From Rhynchopus sp. YZ270_cl-10 (taxonomy: Eukaryota), in NCBI GenBank assembly GCA_964035575.1, contig OZ037844.1, forward strand, positions 62,001-126,000: DNA of 64,000 nt. Direction: 5' to 3'. Below, in pieces: positions 35,595-46,830 of this stretch (the first letter of the stretch is position 1; every line of letters begins with the position of its first letter). The position numbers were made by a program, and so were the translations under genes. The notes under the pieces were generated by a model, which had not been told where the DNA came from, ran no database searches, and saw only the letters and a list, made by a program, of their open reading frames with translations.

Positions 35595-36968
35595 AAATTT
35601 TACCCTGTCTACCCGGTCTGGCAAAAAAGTGGTCAAAATATTTTTTTTGCCTCCGGCGAAAATGTCTTTTTGCTTTTTTTCCCCCAAAAATTTTTTTTTA
35701 TTTCTGGCTCGTCCGTTCGCCTAATAAGAGATGCCACATCTCTTATTCGCCCCCCCCCCAGTAATTTGGAAATTGGGAAATTCTGATTTTTTTCCCTCTT
35801 TGGGGGGCCCACCAACTTTTCTGGGGTAAGAAAAAAATATAGACAAAAAAATCCGGCACCGTCCAGGGCTGGACCCAATTTTTTTTGCCTGCGGCGCCAT
35901 TTTTCCTTTTTTGCTCCGCAAAAAAGGGTTCGTAGAGTGACTCTGTGGTGTAAAAAGCTACATTTTTACACCGTACCCTAATTTTTTTCGCCTGCGGCGC
36001 CATTTTATATATTTTGTGTTGGGTGATCTATGAACGGGGAGTGATTTTTATGGTTATAGTAGCGTTCCATTTAACGTTGTAAGCAACTCACTAGTCGTAG
36101 TGACCAAAATTTGTATCAGTCAAGAACTTGTCCATTTTTCTGAAATGACCCCACCACAGTGAGGGTAGAGCTCGGAAAACCCAAAAAAGCCAAGACAAGC
36201 CCCCCAAGGCCCAAAACCTCTGCTGACCCAAAAAAAAAATTCTGACCCAGATTTGGCATTTTTTTTCAAAACCAAGCTAGGACCCTGATTGAGATCCGCT
36301 GCCCCAAAAAACAAAATCGGCCCCAACCAAGAATAGCTATACAAAAACGGAATAACGGCGAGAGCATTTCCCACGTAATTTCTTAAGGGATTTTTTCTCG
36401 GCCCAGAGGCCCGGCCCGCGGCCCCACGTTACAGGTACCCCTGCTCCCCCCCCCGGAGAAGGTTGTAAATTTGGCAAACTGAAGTTTTCGGCTTTTGGAC
36501 AGACGTAAAAAAATTCGAAAACCAGCGGAAGTGGATTTCCGAGCTCCCTGCTTTTCACCATTAAAAAAATCGACCACTTTAGTGGAGTAGAAGTCAATTT
36601 AAAGGCCCCATGGGTCTTTATACAGTAACGTATAGGGATTTCAGTGCAGAAAAGGGGGTCGGCTCCACCAAAAGTTGCGCACCGTGGAGTATGTTCCTGA
36701 ATAAAAAAATGGTCGGAATTGAAAGATTCGTAAAAAATAAATCCAAAGGAAAAATCGAAAACCTTCTTCAAAAGAAATCCAACGTAGAGACGCCACTGTG
36801 TTGCGACTCAAAGAGGAGGTTTTCTTAAGGAATACCTAAAGAAACCTGCGTAGAAACGTTCCCAAAGGGGGTATCACAGCCAAAAATCACCTAACCATCC
36901 ACAGAGGCATAAAATAAATCGTGCGACCCCGGAATTGAACGTTTTCGTAACCGATCTTTCCAAATAAA

Positions 36969-38234
36969 TGGGGTGTCCCGGGCACGGCGTAATTCAGGTG
37001 TAATGGGGCGTAATGGGGTGTAATGGAGTGTAATGGAGGGAATTTAAACTTTTTGCTTTTTTTGCGTTTTCCCCCCGTTTTTTCAACACGAAAAGTCCAA
37101 AAAAGGTGACAACAAAAATTTTTTTGGCGAGTGGAGCAAAAAAAATTTGCCTGGCTGACCATTGCCGAAGGAATTTTGCACTTTTGACCACCACAGATTA
37201 CACGTTGTTTTACGATTTTTTCTATGCACTTATGCGTACAGTGCCACCGGTGTTAAATTTTTACTGGCGTGGCTACATAACCGAGTCCCCATGTTTCTAC
37301 CGTGTTTCTACACAGTACACAGTACACAGTACACAGTACACAGTACACAGTACACAGTACACAGTACACAGTACACAGTACACAGTACACAGTACACAGT
37401 ACACAGTACACAGTACACAGTACACAGTACACAGTACACAGTACACAGTACACAGTACACAGTACACAGTACACAGTACACAGTACACAGTACACAGTAC
37501 ACAGTACACAGTACACAGTACACAGTACACAGTACACAGTACACAGTACACAGTACACAGTACACAGTACACAGTACACAGTACACAGTACACAGTACAC
37601 AGTACACAGTACACAGTACACAGTACACAGTACACAGTACACAGTACACAGTACACAGTACACAGTACACAGTACACAGTACACAGTACACAGTACACAG
37701 TACACAGTACACAGTACACAGTACACAGTACACAGTACACAGTACACAGTACACAGTACACAGTACACAGTACACAGTACACAGTACACAGTACACAGTA
37801 CACAGTACACAGTACACAGTACACAGTACACAGTACACAGTACACAGTACACAGTACACAGTACACAGTACACAGTACAAGGCAAAAATGACCAAAACAG
37901 CTGATGTTTTGGCCGAATGCCACCCTATCAGGAATATTTTCATGTATTCACACAAATTTTTTCTGGCCTCAATACCCCCAAACTACACGATTTTCGGTTC
38001 CGGAAAATTTTTGGAGCACCAAATATCGCGAAAAATTTCAATTTTTTTGATGTCGTCCGCACATCCCTTTAGTAAAGACCAAAACACCAAGCGTTGTAAT
38101 TCATGTGTAATGGGGTGTAATGGGGCGTAATGGGGTGAAAGTGGGTGAAAGTGGGTGTAATTCGGTGAAATGGGGTGAAATGGGGTGAAAGTGTGCGTAA
38201 GTGGGTGTTAGTGTGGTACCGCCGGGACACCCCA
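36969..38234 (+). mobile_element. TIR element, family A, copy 2, nested in B
   Basis: Same 13-bp TIR as copy 1. TSD ATAAA at 36964-36968 and 38235-38239. Confidence 0.9.
37309..37879. repeat. Perfect heptamer array (CAGTACA) x ~81
   Basis: Read directly from the sequence. Confidence 0.98.
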
Positions 38235-38364
38235 ATAAATAAAATTCGAAAAAAAATTTGAAAAAAAATTCATAAAATCCATGTGTCCACGGTTTTGTAC
38301 TAGACCCCCCTGTTGCCAAATTACCAAACTTGTCCGCTCACCCCCCCCCCGGAGACCCCCCCCC

Positions 38365-40358
38365 TAGGGGATATCAAAGGCCTATTTATAAGTGTCACAA
38401 TTGACGTTTTTCAAATTAGTGAAAACCGCCTATCAGAAAGTGCCAAAACCGCCTCCAACCACCCCACACCCCCCAGAAAACCTGTTCCTGCCCCGAAACT
38501 CCCCATAGGGGGGTCTTCTGGGCCGTAAAATGCAATTCTAAAAAAGTGGTCACACTTCTGTACCTGGGCACACCTCCCCATAGGGGGTGTGACTCCCTAT
38601 AGTTTTTAAAAATGTTTTCCTGGCATGTTTTTGAGGTGGTTTTGTGAGTTGGCGGGGAAATTTGGAACTATCTGGGCTCCCGGAGTGCTTTTTCGGGGGT
38701 TTTCACCCATTTTTTGGCCCACATATTGGTCCAGAAGGGACAAACGGTGTCTTGCGATTAGTATAGGCTATCATAGGACGTTTTTTACCACAAAAACACC
38801 AAAAAACGGCCAAAAAAAGTACCTAAAGTGTCCAAAACAGGTCGGAATAGACTCACAGGACATTTTTGGGGCAGTTTTGTGCCCAAGCAGCTGTCATGAT
38901 GTCGAAATTTTGCTGTTTTCAACTTACCTTCCTTCACCCCCCTGTAAGGGTAACCGTAGGTGAAGTAAGGTATAGTATTGAAATCGATGTGGGGGGGGAG
39001 TAAAGGGTCAATTTTACAAAACCAGATTTTGAGGAAAATTTTAGCCAAAAATGGGCCCCACGTATAAGGAACCGGGCTCATATTTCTCAAAATTTAAGTG
39101 ATCAAAAAATTGTCCAATTTTCGAGATTGACCCCACCACTGCACGGGCGGAGCCCAAAAATGCAAATAAGGACCCTTTTTAATTTGTTCTCTTGAAATGT
39201 GTAATTTCATGTTTTCGCGAAAAAAATAACAACTGATCCTACAAGGGTTGAAGGAAGGTGGTTGAAAACAACAATAACAACAAGGACAAGTAATTGCTAA
39301 GAAAAAAGCGGGGTGTGCTGTGGAAAACTCCGCGCGATTTTCGAAACCACCGTAGCATCCTGGCGATTTGCTGGAGGTGCTGATGCGCCTGGTGTGATCG
39401 ATGTGTTGTAGTCTGTGCATTCTGTGTTCCTTCCGCACTGCTCCAACGACGACGACAATGTGGGGAGCCTGTGGGCAAAAACGAGCTGGACCACGCCGAG
39501 CCTGCCGAGCGGGCGTCCAACAACGCTATCGAGCAGATGGTGCTGGACGAAGAGGACAGCCCCCCTTCTTGAACGTTTCAGATGCTGGCGTCCCAGTGGG
39601 TCTGGCAGCGTACGAAGAGCGTTAGCATACCTGCAGAAGAGCAGAATGCTGGGCGTGTTGTAGATTATTTCTACAGGATGGAGTTCCACACCACACCCCG
39701 TTTTTTTTCCGATAGCAATTACTTGTTTTTATTTTTTTCACCAAAAATGGCCATTTTACCCAACATGGCCAAAACCGTCAAAATGCCACTTTTTCACTAC
39801 TTTTTTGCATTTTATCATATTCTGAGTCGCCCTTATCATGAATTTTCGGGTCACAGGGTGTTTCTGACCCATTTCTGGGGGTTTTCCGACCGGAGGTGGC
39901 CTGGGAATGGCCAAAAATGCCATAAGAGGTTATTACGACAATGGTTCCCACCTATAAACAGTGGAGTCGCACCCCTAGACCCGCCCTTCTCTTCAACCTC
40001 TGTGCAGCCATGCAGGATGCCGCCCCGGCGCTTTCTGCACAGTTCTCCCCCGAAGAACACCAGCACAAGCGTCGCGTGTGCCTCAGCCTGCTTTCCAACC
40101 CTCTCCGACCGTGGCGTTGTCGAACTTTATTTTCTCGTATTCTGAAGGGGGTTCTGTGGGGGTGCCCAGGTACAGAAGTGTGACCACTTTTTTAGAATTG
40201 CATTTTACGGCCCAGAAGACCCCCCTATGGGGAGTTTCGGGGCAAGAACAGGTTTTCTGGGGGGTGTGGGGTGGTTGGAGGCGGTTTTGGCACTTTCTGA
40301 TAGGCGGTTTTCACTAATTTGAAAAACGTCAAATGTGACACCCCTTTGATATCCCCTA
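38365..40358. mobile_element. Long-TIR (Mutator/foldback-like) element D nested in B
   Basis: ~200-bp inverted repeats at 38365-38570 and 40161-40358, starting TAGGGGATATCAAAGG. Flanks GA(C)9 and GA(C)8 are consistent with a ~10-bp TSD. Confidence 0.82.
39280..39730. mobile_element. IR-bounded segment inside D with GC-rich interior
   Basis: ACAAGTAATTGCTA..GGGGTGTG.TGTGGAA..CTCC is mirrored by GGAGTTCCACACCACACCCCG..TAGCAATTACTTGT. A relative lies at 20484-20628. Confidence 0.6.
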
Positions 40359-40430
40359 GACCCCCCCCGGGTCACCCCCCCTCCCCCCACCGGATGACAT
40401 CCGTTGAAAGTAAAAAAGAGGCTTCCCGAT

Positions 40431-40740
40431 GTGAGATTTGATTTTACTAAACATATTCTTTGAGGTTCAGACATTGTGTGCAGAGGTGTCCCTAAACATA
40501 TGAGTGTCTAATCTCAAATCGGGCATCGGCATACTGATCCTCACACACATGGGTGAGGATGAACAAAAACAACCATTTCATATTTTTGAAAAATGAAAAA
40601 CGAGAAAAGCCCTTGAAAGATGAAGCTGGCCTCTCGTGCACATCTTAAAAAATAAAACCCACAGCCTCGAACTTTTCTACACAAATGATTTCATTGAACG
40701 CATCCCCTTTTTATGTTTCCCCCACCCCCGAAAACAATAA
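40431..40740. repeat. Conserved ankyrin-unit spacer (copies at about 43877, 47058, 50137; partial at 23620 and 27495)
   Basis: GTGAGATTTGATTTTA.TAAACATATTC...GGCCTCTCGTGCACA. Includes the hairpin ATCCTCAC-N8-GTGAGGAT at 40537-40560. Confidence 0.88.
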
Positions 40741-40744
40741 AGCA

Positions 40745-41568
40745 ATAAAAACAATAAAGACAAAAGGGAGAGGTTGTGGCGAAACGCACACACCCAAAAA
40801 CAAGATCGCTATCTGGCCACCTCAGCTTTGCTGATGATTTCACACACCCCTTTTTCGACCGTTTTATCGATCGACTACTCCACCAGCGCGGCTTTTCCCT
40901 TAGTGTGCACGACCGAGCTTTCGCTCCCTCCCGATATTTCGGGACCGTCAGTAACACCCACACACGGACCGACACCACCGATCTTTCGGTGCACCTGTTC
41001 TTATCCCTGTTTCAATCACTCGCGGATCGACTACGCAACCAGAGGCACTCCCGGCCTACGTTACGCATTACCAAAAAGCTAAAACAAAACCCCATCTACC
41101 TCACTGCCTCTCTCACAATGTCAAGGGCACTCTCGACCCAGGTAGCCCGACATGGACAGTCCCCCAGCGTACACCCGTACACACTCCGATATCGCAAAGT
41201 TCCCAAGTCTATAACCGTGTATGGGTCTGCCCCTTTTCTGCCTGCACGTCTGTCGGTACCCAGTCCACCTGCAGTTCGTACCCCATGCGCTGCGCCCGGT
41301 GGAACACTTTCTGCATGCTCAAGTTGCCGCATAGTTCCCCGAATGGCCCTTCGTAAGGCACTGCACCGCCGGCAGCTTGTCCACTTCAAGACAAGTGTCC
41401 AGTCCTGCTCCGCCAGACACACCCCACTCTCTGCTGCCCACAGAGATGCATGTTCATCTGCTCGCTGGAAAGCAAGCCCTGTGCTGCCCACTCTTTAGAT
41501 GCACGTCCGTCCACACAACAAACACGCCCCCCGCCCCTTCCTGTGCATCCAACGCACTGAGCTCCTTG
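40745..41568 (-). mobile_element. YR-retrotransposon RNase H remnant, copy 2 (5' truncated)
   Basis: Near-identical to 28020-28750. Confidence 0.7.
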
Positions 41569-41672
41569 ATGTGGACAAAAAAGGGTGACGCTCTCCGTTG
41601 CTCTGGTTATGGTTACATGTTTAACCTTCCTCTGAAGACAGTTCATCAAATGTGGTCGACGCGTCCACAGCA

Positions 41673-43043
41673 TCATTCTTCTGCACCGTGCTTGAGGAGA
41701 ACCTGCACCACACCTGCATGGTGTTTCTGCCTCGCATGGTGCAACGCAGTGTTCAAGTCCACAAGATAGCGCACAGTCGCGGTGTGTCCATGCTGTGCCG
41801 CAAGCATAAGGCATGTTGTGCTCTCGTCGTCCACCGCACACACGTCCGCACCTGCTTTGACTAACATCTGTGCACTGTCGAGTTCCCCAACCTGACAAGC
41901 CCAGTGAAGAGGTGTGCTTCCGAAGCTATTCTTTGCCTCAACATCAGCCCCTGCATCAATGAGCAGCTGCACCACAGCAGAGTGATACGGTGCAAGGTGA
42001 AGTGAAGTGTTGCCCCTATTATTTGAATGATTCACGTCCACCCCAGGCATGCACAGAAGAGTACGCACAGTCTCGGTGTGTTCATTGTAAGCCGCAAGGG
42101 TAAGACACGTCTCTGCTTCGTTGTCTGTGACACACACGTCCGCACCTGCTTTGAGCAACACCTCCACAACACGGAGATTCCCAAACTCGCTCGCCAAGAG
42201 GAGTGGCGAACGTTCGCCACGTTCGCCGTGCTTTGCCTCAACGTCTGCCCCTGCATCAATGAGCACCTCCACCACATCTGCACCCGCGTACTGAACTGCT
42301 GCGAGCAACGAGGTGTAGCCTTCCTTATCCTTGTGACTCAGGTCGACCTGCGGCAAACCCACAAGATAGCGCACAGTCTCGGTGTGTCCAAATCCTGCAG
42401 CAATAGTAAGACACGTATGTCCATCTTCTGTGGCACGTACGTCCGCACCTGCTTCAACCAATATCTTCACAACTGCGAGTGCTCCTGAACGGCAAGACCA
42501 GTGCAGAGGCGAACGTCCCATGTCGTCCTTTGTCTCGATGTCTGCCCCTGCATCAATGAACACCTGAAACACTGCAGGGTCCTCCCACATGGCTGGACAG
42601 GGTCGGTCTTGTCTGTCCTCCTGCCCGTGTGGGACAAACGCAACGTTGCTGCAGACTGACTTCCAATGCTGCAAGAGGACCTCCGTGCACGCAGTGTGGT
42701 CTGCGTGGATGCACTCACTCAGCAGCATCCCGAAGCCCATCTGCGTTGTCTCAACATACGGAAGAAGCAGTGCGAGGCATTCATCGTGGTTCCCTCTGCA
42801 TGCCTCGTGCACAGCATCGAAAGCAACCGTTTTGCTGTCTGTGTCTGGGATGAGCTTCTCAAGTCCCACCCGCACGGCAGTCGTGTCGCCGTTCCTGGCA
42901 GCCTCCACCAAGACCTCGTCTGCAGAAAGCTCTCTTCTCTTTGGTGCCTTCTCGTCAGGTGCGCTGTCTGCGTGTTGCTCCTCCCTGAACTGCCTCCGTC
43001 CCTGACAACAACACAGAAGCCGCAAGGGTAGGGTCACATCCAT
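41673..43043 (-). CDS. Ankyrin-repeat paralog 4 (open, 456 aa from MDVTLPL, 3 modules, last repeat shortened)
   Basis: Continuous ORF with first ATG at 43043. Ankyrin consensus repeats. Confidence 0.88.
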   Translation of the reverse strand: MDVTLPLRLLCCCQGRRQFREEQHADSAPDEKAPKRRELSADEVLVEAARNGDTTAVRVGLEKLIPDTDSKTVAFDAVHEACRGNHDECLALLLPYVETTQMGFGMLLSECIHADHTACTEVLLQHWKSVCSNVAFVPHGQEDRQDRPCPAMWEDPAVFQVFIDAGADIETKDDMGRSPLHWSCRSGALAVVKILVEAGADVRATEDGHTCLTIAAGFGHTETVRYLVGLPQVDLSHKDKEGYTSLLAAVQYAGADVVEVLIDAGADVEAKHGERGERSPLLLASEFGNLRVVEVLLKAGADVCVTDNEAETCLTLAAYNEHTETVRTLLCMPGVDVNHSNNRGNTSLHLAPYHSAVVQLLIDAGADVEAKNSFGSTPLHWACQVGELDSAQMLVKAGADVCAVDDESTTCLMLAAQHGHTATVRYLVDLNTALHHARQKHHAGVVQVLLKHGAEE

Positions 43044-43273
43044 TGTGTTATTTATGATTCCTTTGCGTTGAATGCACTGGTGTGGAATGTTGGGCTTCAG
43101 GGTGCTGCCGGCGACAGGTGGCCGGGAAAACACTGCATGAATACCCGATGGGTGCGGACATGCTCACTATGGTACCCAAAACGCTTGGAAAACAAAAAAA
43201 GTGTATTTCCGACTTTTTTTCGATGACTATTGTGAGTTTTAGATTTGCTTTTCTACTTTTTTTCGGTGGATGT

Positions 43274-43875
43274 GGGGGGTCCGTAAGTTTGTGTATTAGT
43301 GTGTAAAATTTCCGGCCCTTTTGGGTGAAAAAAAAAAAGGGTGAGGGGAGTTGGGTCCAGTCATAGGGGGTATAGCATATTTTTTGGAAAATTCTTCAAA
43401 AAAGCAAGGATTTTTGCTGAGCACAATGAAATTTTCAGAAAAATCCCAATTTTCGGCCAAATTTGGAGCAAATTGGGGCCCACACCCCGATTTTGGGTCA
43501 AAAACCGACTTTATTTTTGCTCAGGAGTGCCTACGATAACGTAAACCAGAGTGAGCAGGCCTCAAAAACACTTGTGAAAAAAAATTTTGGGATTTTTTTT
43601 TTTTTTGAGATTTTTGAAAAATCGGCCGATTTTGCGACCAATTTTGGCTGGGGAATTTCGGCGACCAAAGGGTCCCCCCTTTGGTTTTTTCCAAAAAATC
43701 GGGTATTTTTTGTGTGTACAATTGTACACCCGGTCTGCCGGTCTTTTTCGAGGGTGGGTAGGACCGGCCCTTATAGCCGGTAATCCTTAAGAGCCGGTCT
43801 TTTTACGGACCCTAAAGACCGGCTATACACACTAATTACGTGTCTGGTCGTTGCCGGTCTATTTACGGATCCCCC
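43274..43875. mobile_element. 602-bp MITE with 3-bp TSD
   Basis: GGGGGGTCCGTAA ... TTACGGATCCCCC (12/13). TSD TGT at 43271-43273 and 43876-43878. The empty site is present in two other units. Confidence 0.88.
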
Positions 43876-44189
43876 TGTGAGATTTGATTTTATTAAACAT
43901 ATTCTTTGAGGTTCAGACATTGTGTGCAGAGGTGTCCCTAAACATATGAGTGTCTAATCTCAAATCGGGCATCGGCATACTGATCCTCACACACATGGGT
44001 GAGGATGAACAAAGATAACCATTTCATATTTTTGAAAAATGAAAAACGAGAAAATCCCTTGAAAGATGAAGCTGGCCTCTCGTGCACATCTTAAAAATAA
44101 AACCTGCAGGCTCGAGGTTTTCTACACAAATGATTTCATTGAACGCATCCCCTTTTTATGTTTCCCCCACCCCCGAAAACAATAAAGCA

Positions 44190-45205
44190 ATAAAAACAAT
44201 AAAGACAAAAGGGAGAGGTTGTGGCGAAACGCACACACCCAAAAACAAGATCGCTATCTGGCCACCTCAGCTTTGCTGATGATTTCACACCACCCCTCTT
44301 TCGACCGTTTTATCGATCGACCACTCCACCAGCGCGGCTTTTCCCTTAGTGTGCACGACCGAGCTTTCGCTCCCTCCCGATATTTCGGGACCGTCAGTAA
44401 CACCCACACACGGACTGACACCACCGATCTTTCGGTGCACCTGTTCTTATCCCTGTTTCAATCACTCGCGGATCGACTACGCAACCAGAGGCACTCCCGG
44501 CCTACGTTACGCATTACCAAAAAGCTAAAACAAAACCCCATCTACCTCACTGCCTCTCTCACAATGCGCAATGTTCCCAAGTCTATAACCCGATACCCCT
44601 TCTTCCCGCGTGTACGGGTCTGCCCCTTTTCTGCCTGCACGTCTGTCGGTAACCAGTCCACCTGCAGTTCGTACCCCATGCGCTGCACCCGGCGGAACAC
44701 TCTCTGCATGCTCAGGTTGCCGCATAGTTCCCCGAATGGCCCTTCGTAAGGCACTGCACCGCCGGCAGGTTGTCCACTTCAAGACAAGTGTCCAGTCCTG
44801 CTCCGCCAGACACACCCCACTCTCTGCTGCCCACAGCTCCTTCAGGAAGAGATGCATGTCCATGGAAAGCAAGCCCTGTGCTGCCCACTCTTTAGATGCA
44901 CGTCCGTCCACACAACAAACACGCCCCCCGCCCCTTCCTGTGCATCCAACGCACTGAGCTCCTTGATCTCCTTTGCAGCCGCACGCGGAATCACACCTTG
45001 TACATCCCTCGAGCGCACGGCGTTCCTCGAAACCAAACTCATCGCCCCGAAGACGCTCGGAAAAAAATGCAGTTCCCTTCATCACCGCTCCCATCAAACG
45101 TCACGGTCAGCTCCGCCACACTGCACGGCGGATACACCACAGCCGTCAAACGCCAGGTTCCCCGTCCCCGGAAGGCGCCGTCGCAGACCCGCTCCCCAGA
45201 TTCGA
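44190..45205 (-). mobile_element. YR-retrotransposon RNase H remnant, copy 3 (most complete)
   Basis: Same motifs as copy 1, including MHLFLKELWAAESGVCL and GADPYTR. Confidence 0.72.
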
Positions 45206-45420
45206 ACATAGAAAAGGAAGGCAGTGCTACTGTAGGGGTACGGTGTTCGATTTGCTTTTAGCATTGCATGTAATCATACAATAATATCCGTAACCGACAC
45301 TCAATCAGACGTTACCTTGACCTACATGAAGGGGCATGTGGAAAAAGAAGGTTGACGCTCTCCGTTGCTCTGGTTACATTCCTCTGAAGACAGTTCATCA
45401 AGTGGTCGACGCGTACAGCA

Positions 45421-46830
45421 TCATTCTTCTGCACCGTGCTTGAGGAGAACCTGCACCACATCTGCATGTTGTTTCTGCCTCGCATGGTGCAACGCAGTGT
45501 GGCCCAAAAAATCCCTGTGGTTCATGTTGTTCAAGCCCACAAGATAGCGCACAGTCTCGGTGTGTCCATGCTGTGCCGCAAGGATAAGACATGTTGTGCT
45601 CTCGTCGTCCACCGCACACACGTCCGCACCTGCTTTGACTAACATCTGTGCACTGTCGAGTTCCCCAACCTGACAAGCCCAGTGAAGAGGTGTGTTTCCG
45701 AAGCTATTCTTTGCCTCAACATCAGCCCCTGCATCAATGAGCAGCTGCACCACAGCAGAGTGATCCGGTGCGAGGTGAAGTGAAGTGTTGCCCCTGTTAT
45801 TTGACTTATAAACATCCACCCCAGGCATGCACAGAAGAGTACGCACAGTCTCCGTGTGTCCATGATGTGCCGCAAGGGTAAGACATGTGTCTCCTTTGTT
45901 GTCTGTGACACACACGTCCGCACCTGCTTTGAGCAACACCTCCACAACACGGAGATTCCCAAACTCGATCGCCTTGAGGAGTGGCGAACATCCGTCGTTG
46001 CACTTTGTCTCAACATCTGACCCTGCATCAATGAGCACCTCCACCACATCTGTACTCGAGTTCTCAGCTGCTGCGAGCAACGAGGTGTAGCCTTCCTTAT
46101 CCTTGTGACTCAGGTCGACCTGCGGTAACCCAACAAGATAGCGCACAGTCTCGGTGTGTCCATGATATGACGCATTAAATAGACACGTGTCTCCGTAGTT
46201 GCACGTACCACACACATCCGCACCTGCTTCAACCAACATCTTCACAACTTTGAGCTCGCCTGAAACGCTTGCCCTGAGCAGAGGTGAACGTCCATTCTCA
46301 TCCTTTGTCTCGATGTCTGCCCCTGCATCAATGAGCACCTGAAACACTTCAGGGTCTGCCCACATGGCTGGACAGGGACGAGGTGTATCACTGTCGTTGT
46401 CTACCTTGTGCCCGTGTGGGACAAACGCAACGTTGCTGCAGACTGACTTCCAATGCTGCAAGAGGACCTCCGTGCACGCAGTGTGGTCTGCGTGGATGCA
46501 CTCACTCAGCAGCATCCCGAAGCCCATCTGCGTTGTCTCAACATGCGGAAGAAGCAGTGCGAGGCATTCATCGTGGTTCCCTCTGCATGCCTCGTGCACA
46601 GCATCGAAGGCAACCGTTTTGCTGTCTGTGTCTGGGCTGAGCTTCTCAAGTCCCGCCCGCACGGCAGTCGTGTCGCCGTTCCTGGCAGCCTCCACCAAGA
46701 CCTCGTCTGCAGAAAGCTCTCTTCTCTTTGGTGCCTTCTCGTCAGGTGCGCTGTCTGCGTGTTGCTCCTCCCTGAACTGCCTCCGTCCCTGACAACAACA
46801 CAGAAGCCGCAAGGGTAGGGTCACATCCAT
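45421..46830 (-). CDS. Ankyrin-repeat paralog 5 (open, 469 aa, 3 modules)
   Basis: Continuous ORF with first ATG at 46830. Confidence 0.88.
   Translation of the reverse strand: MDVTLPLRLLCCCQGRRQFREEQHADSAPDEKAPKRRELSADEVLVEAARNGDTTAVRAGLEKLSPDTDSKTVAFDAVHEACRGNHDECLALLLPHVETTQMGFGMLLSECIHADHTACTEVLLQHWKSVCSNVAFVPHGHKVDNDSDTPRPCPAMWADPEVFQVLIDAGADIETKDENGRSPLLRASVSGELKVVKMLVEAGADVCGTCNYGDTCLFNASYHGHTETVRYLVGLPQVDLSHKDKEGYTSLLAAAENSSTDVVEVLIDAGSDVETKCNDGCSPLLKAIEFGNLRVVEVLLKAGADVCVTDNKGDTCLTLAAHHGHTETVRTLLCMPGVDVYKSNNRGNTSLHLAPDHSAVVQLLIDAGADVEAKNSFGNTPLHWACQVGELDSAQMLVKAGADVCAVDDESTTCLILAAQHGHTETVRYLVGLNNMNHRDFLGHTALHHARQKQHADVVQVLLKHGAEE

Larger units (their letters stand above)
34014..35761. 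mobile_element. TA-flanked (Tc1/mariner-like) MITE F nested in E
   Basis: TA-CTG(n)CGAATAAGAGAT ... ATCTCTTATTCGC(n)AG-TA. Subterminal AATAAGAGAT repeats. Confidence 0.85.
33921..36287. mobile_element. hAT-like element E nested in H
   Basis: TIR CAG(A/G)GTCCTAGCTTG. 8-bp TSD ATTGAGAT at 33913-33920 and 36288-36295. Confidence 0.9.
33026..36443. mobile_element. hAT-like element H nested in B
   Basis: 17-bp perfect TIR CAGGGGTACCTGTAACG. TSD CTCCCCCC. Subterminal GGCCCGGCCCGCGGCCCC at both ends. Confidence 0.88.
32958..40427. mobile_element. Outer TIR element B (3-bp TSD, PIF/Harbinger-like ends), expanded to 7.5 kb by nested insertions
   Basis: 37-bp TIR GGGAAGCCTCTTTTTTACTTTCAACGG(G/A)TGTCATCCG with one mismatch. 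TSD GAT. The empty site GGTGGATGTGAGATTTG is seen at about 47052 and 50129. Confidence 0.92.

Noticed and set aside
32059..37879. Arrays as telomeric repeats
   Set aside because: They are internal, bounded by TIR elements, and are not TTAGGG-like.
31869..38130. Long TVHSTQY, STVQY and YCVLCTV ORFs
   Set aside because: They are translations of stop-free microsatellites inside MITEs, open in all frames.
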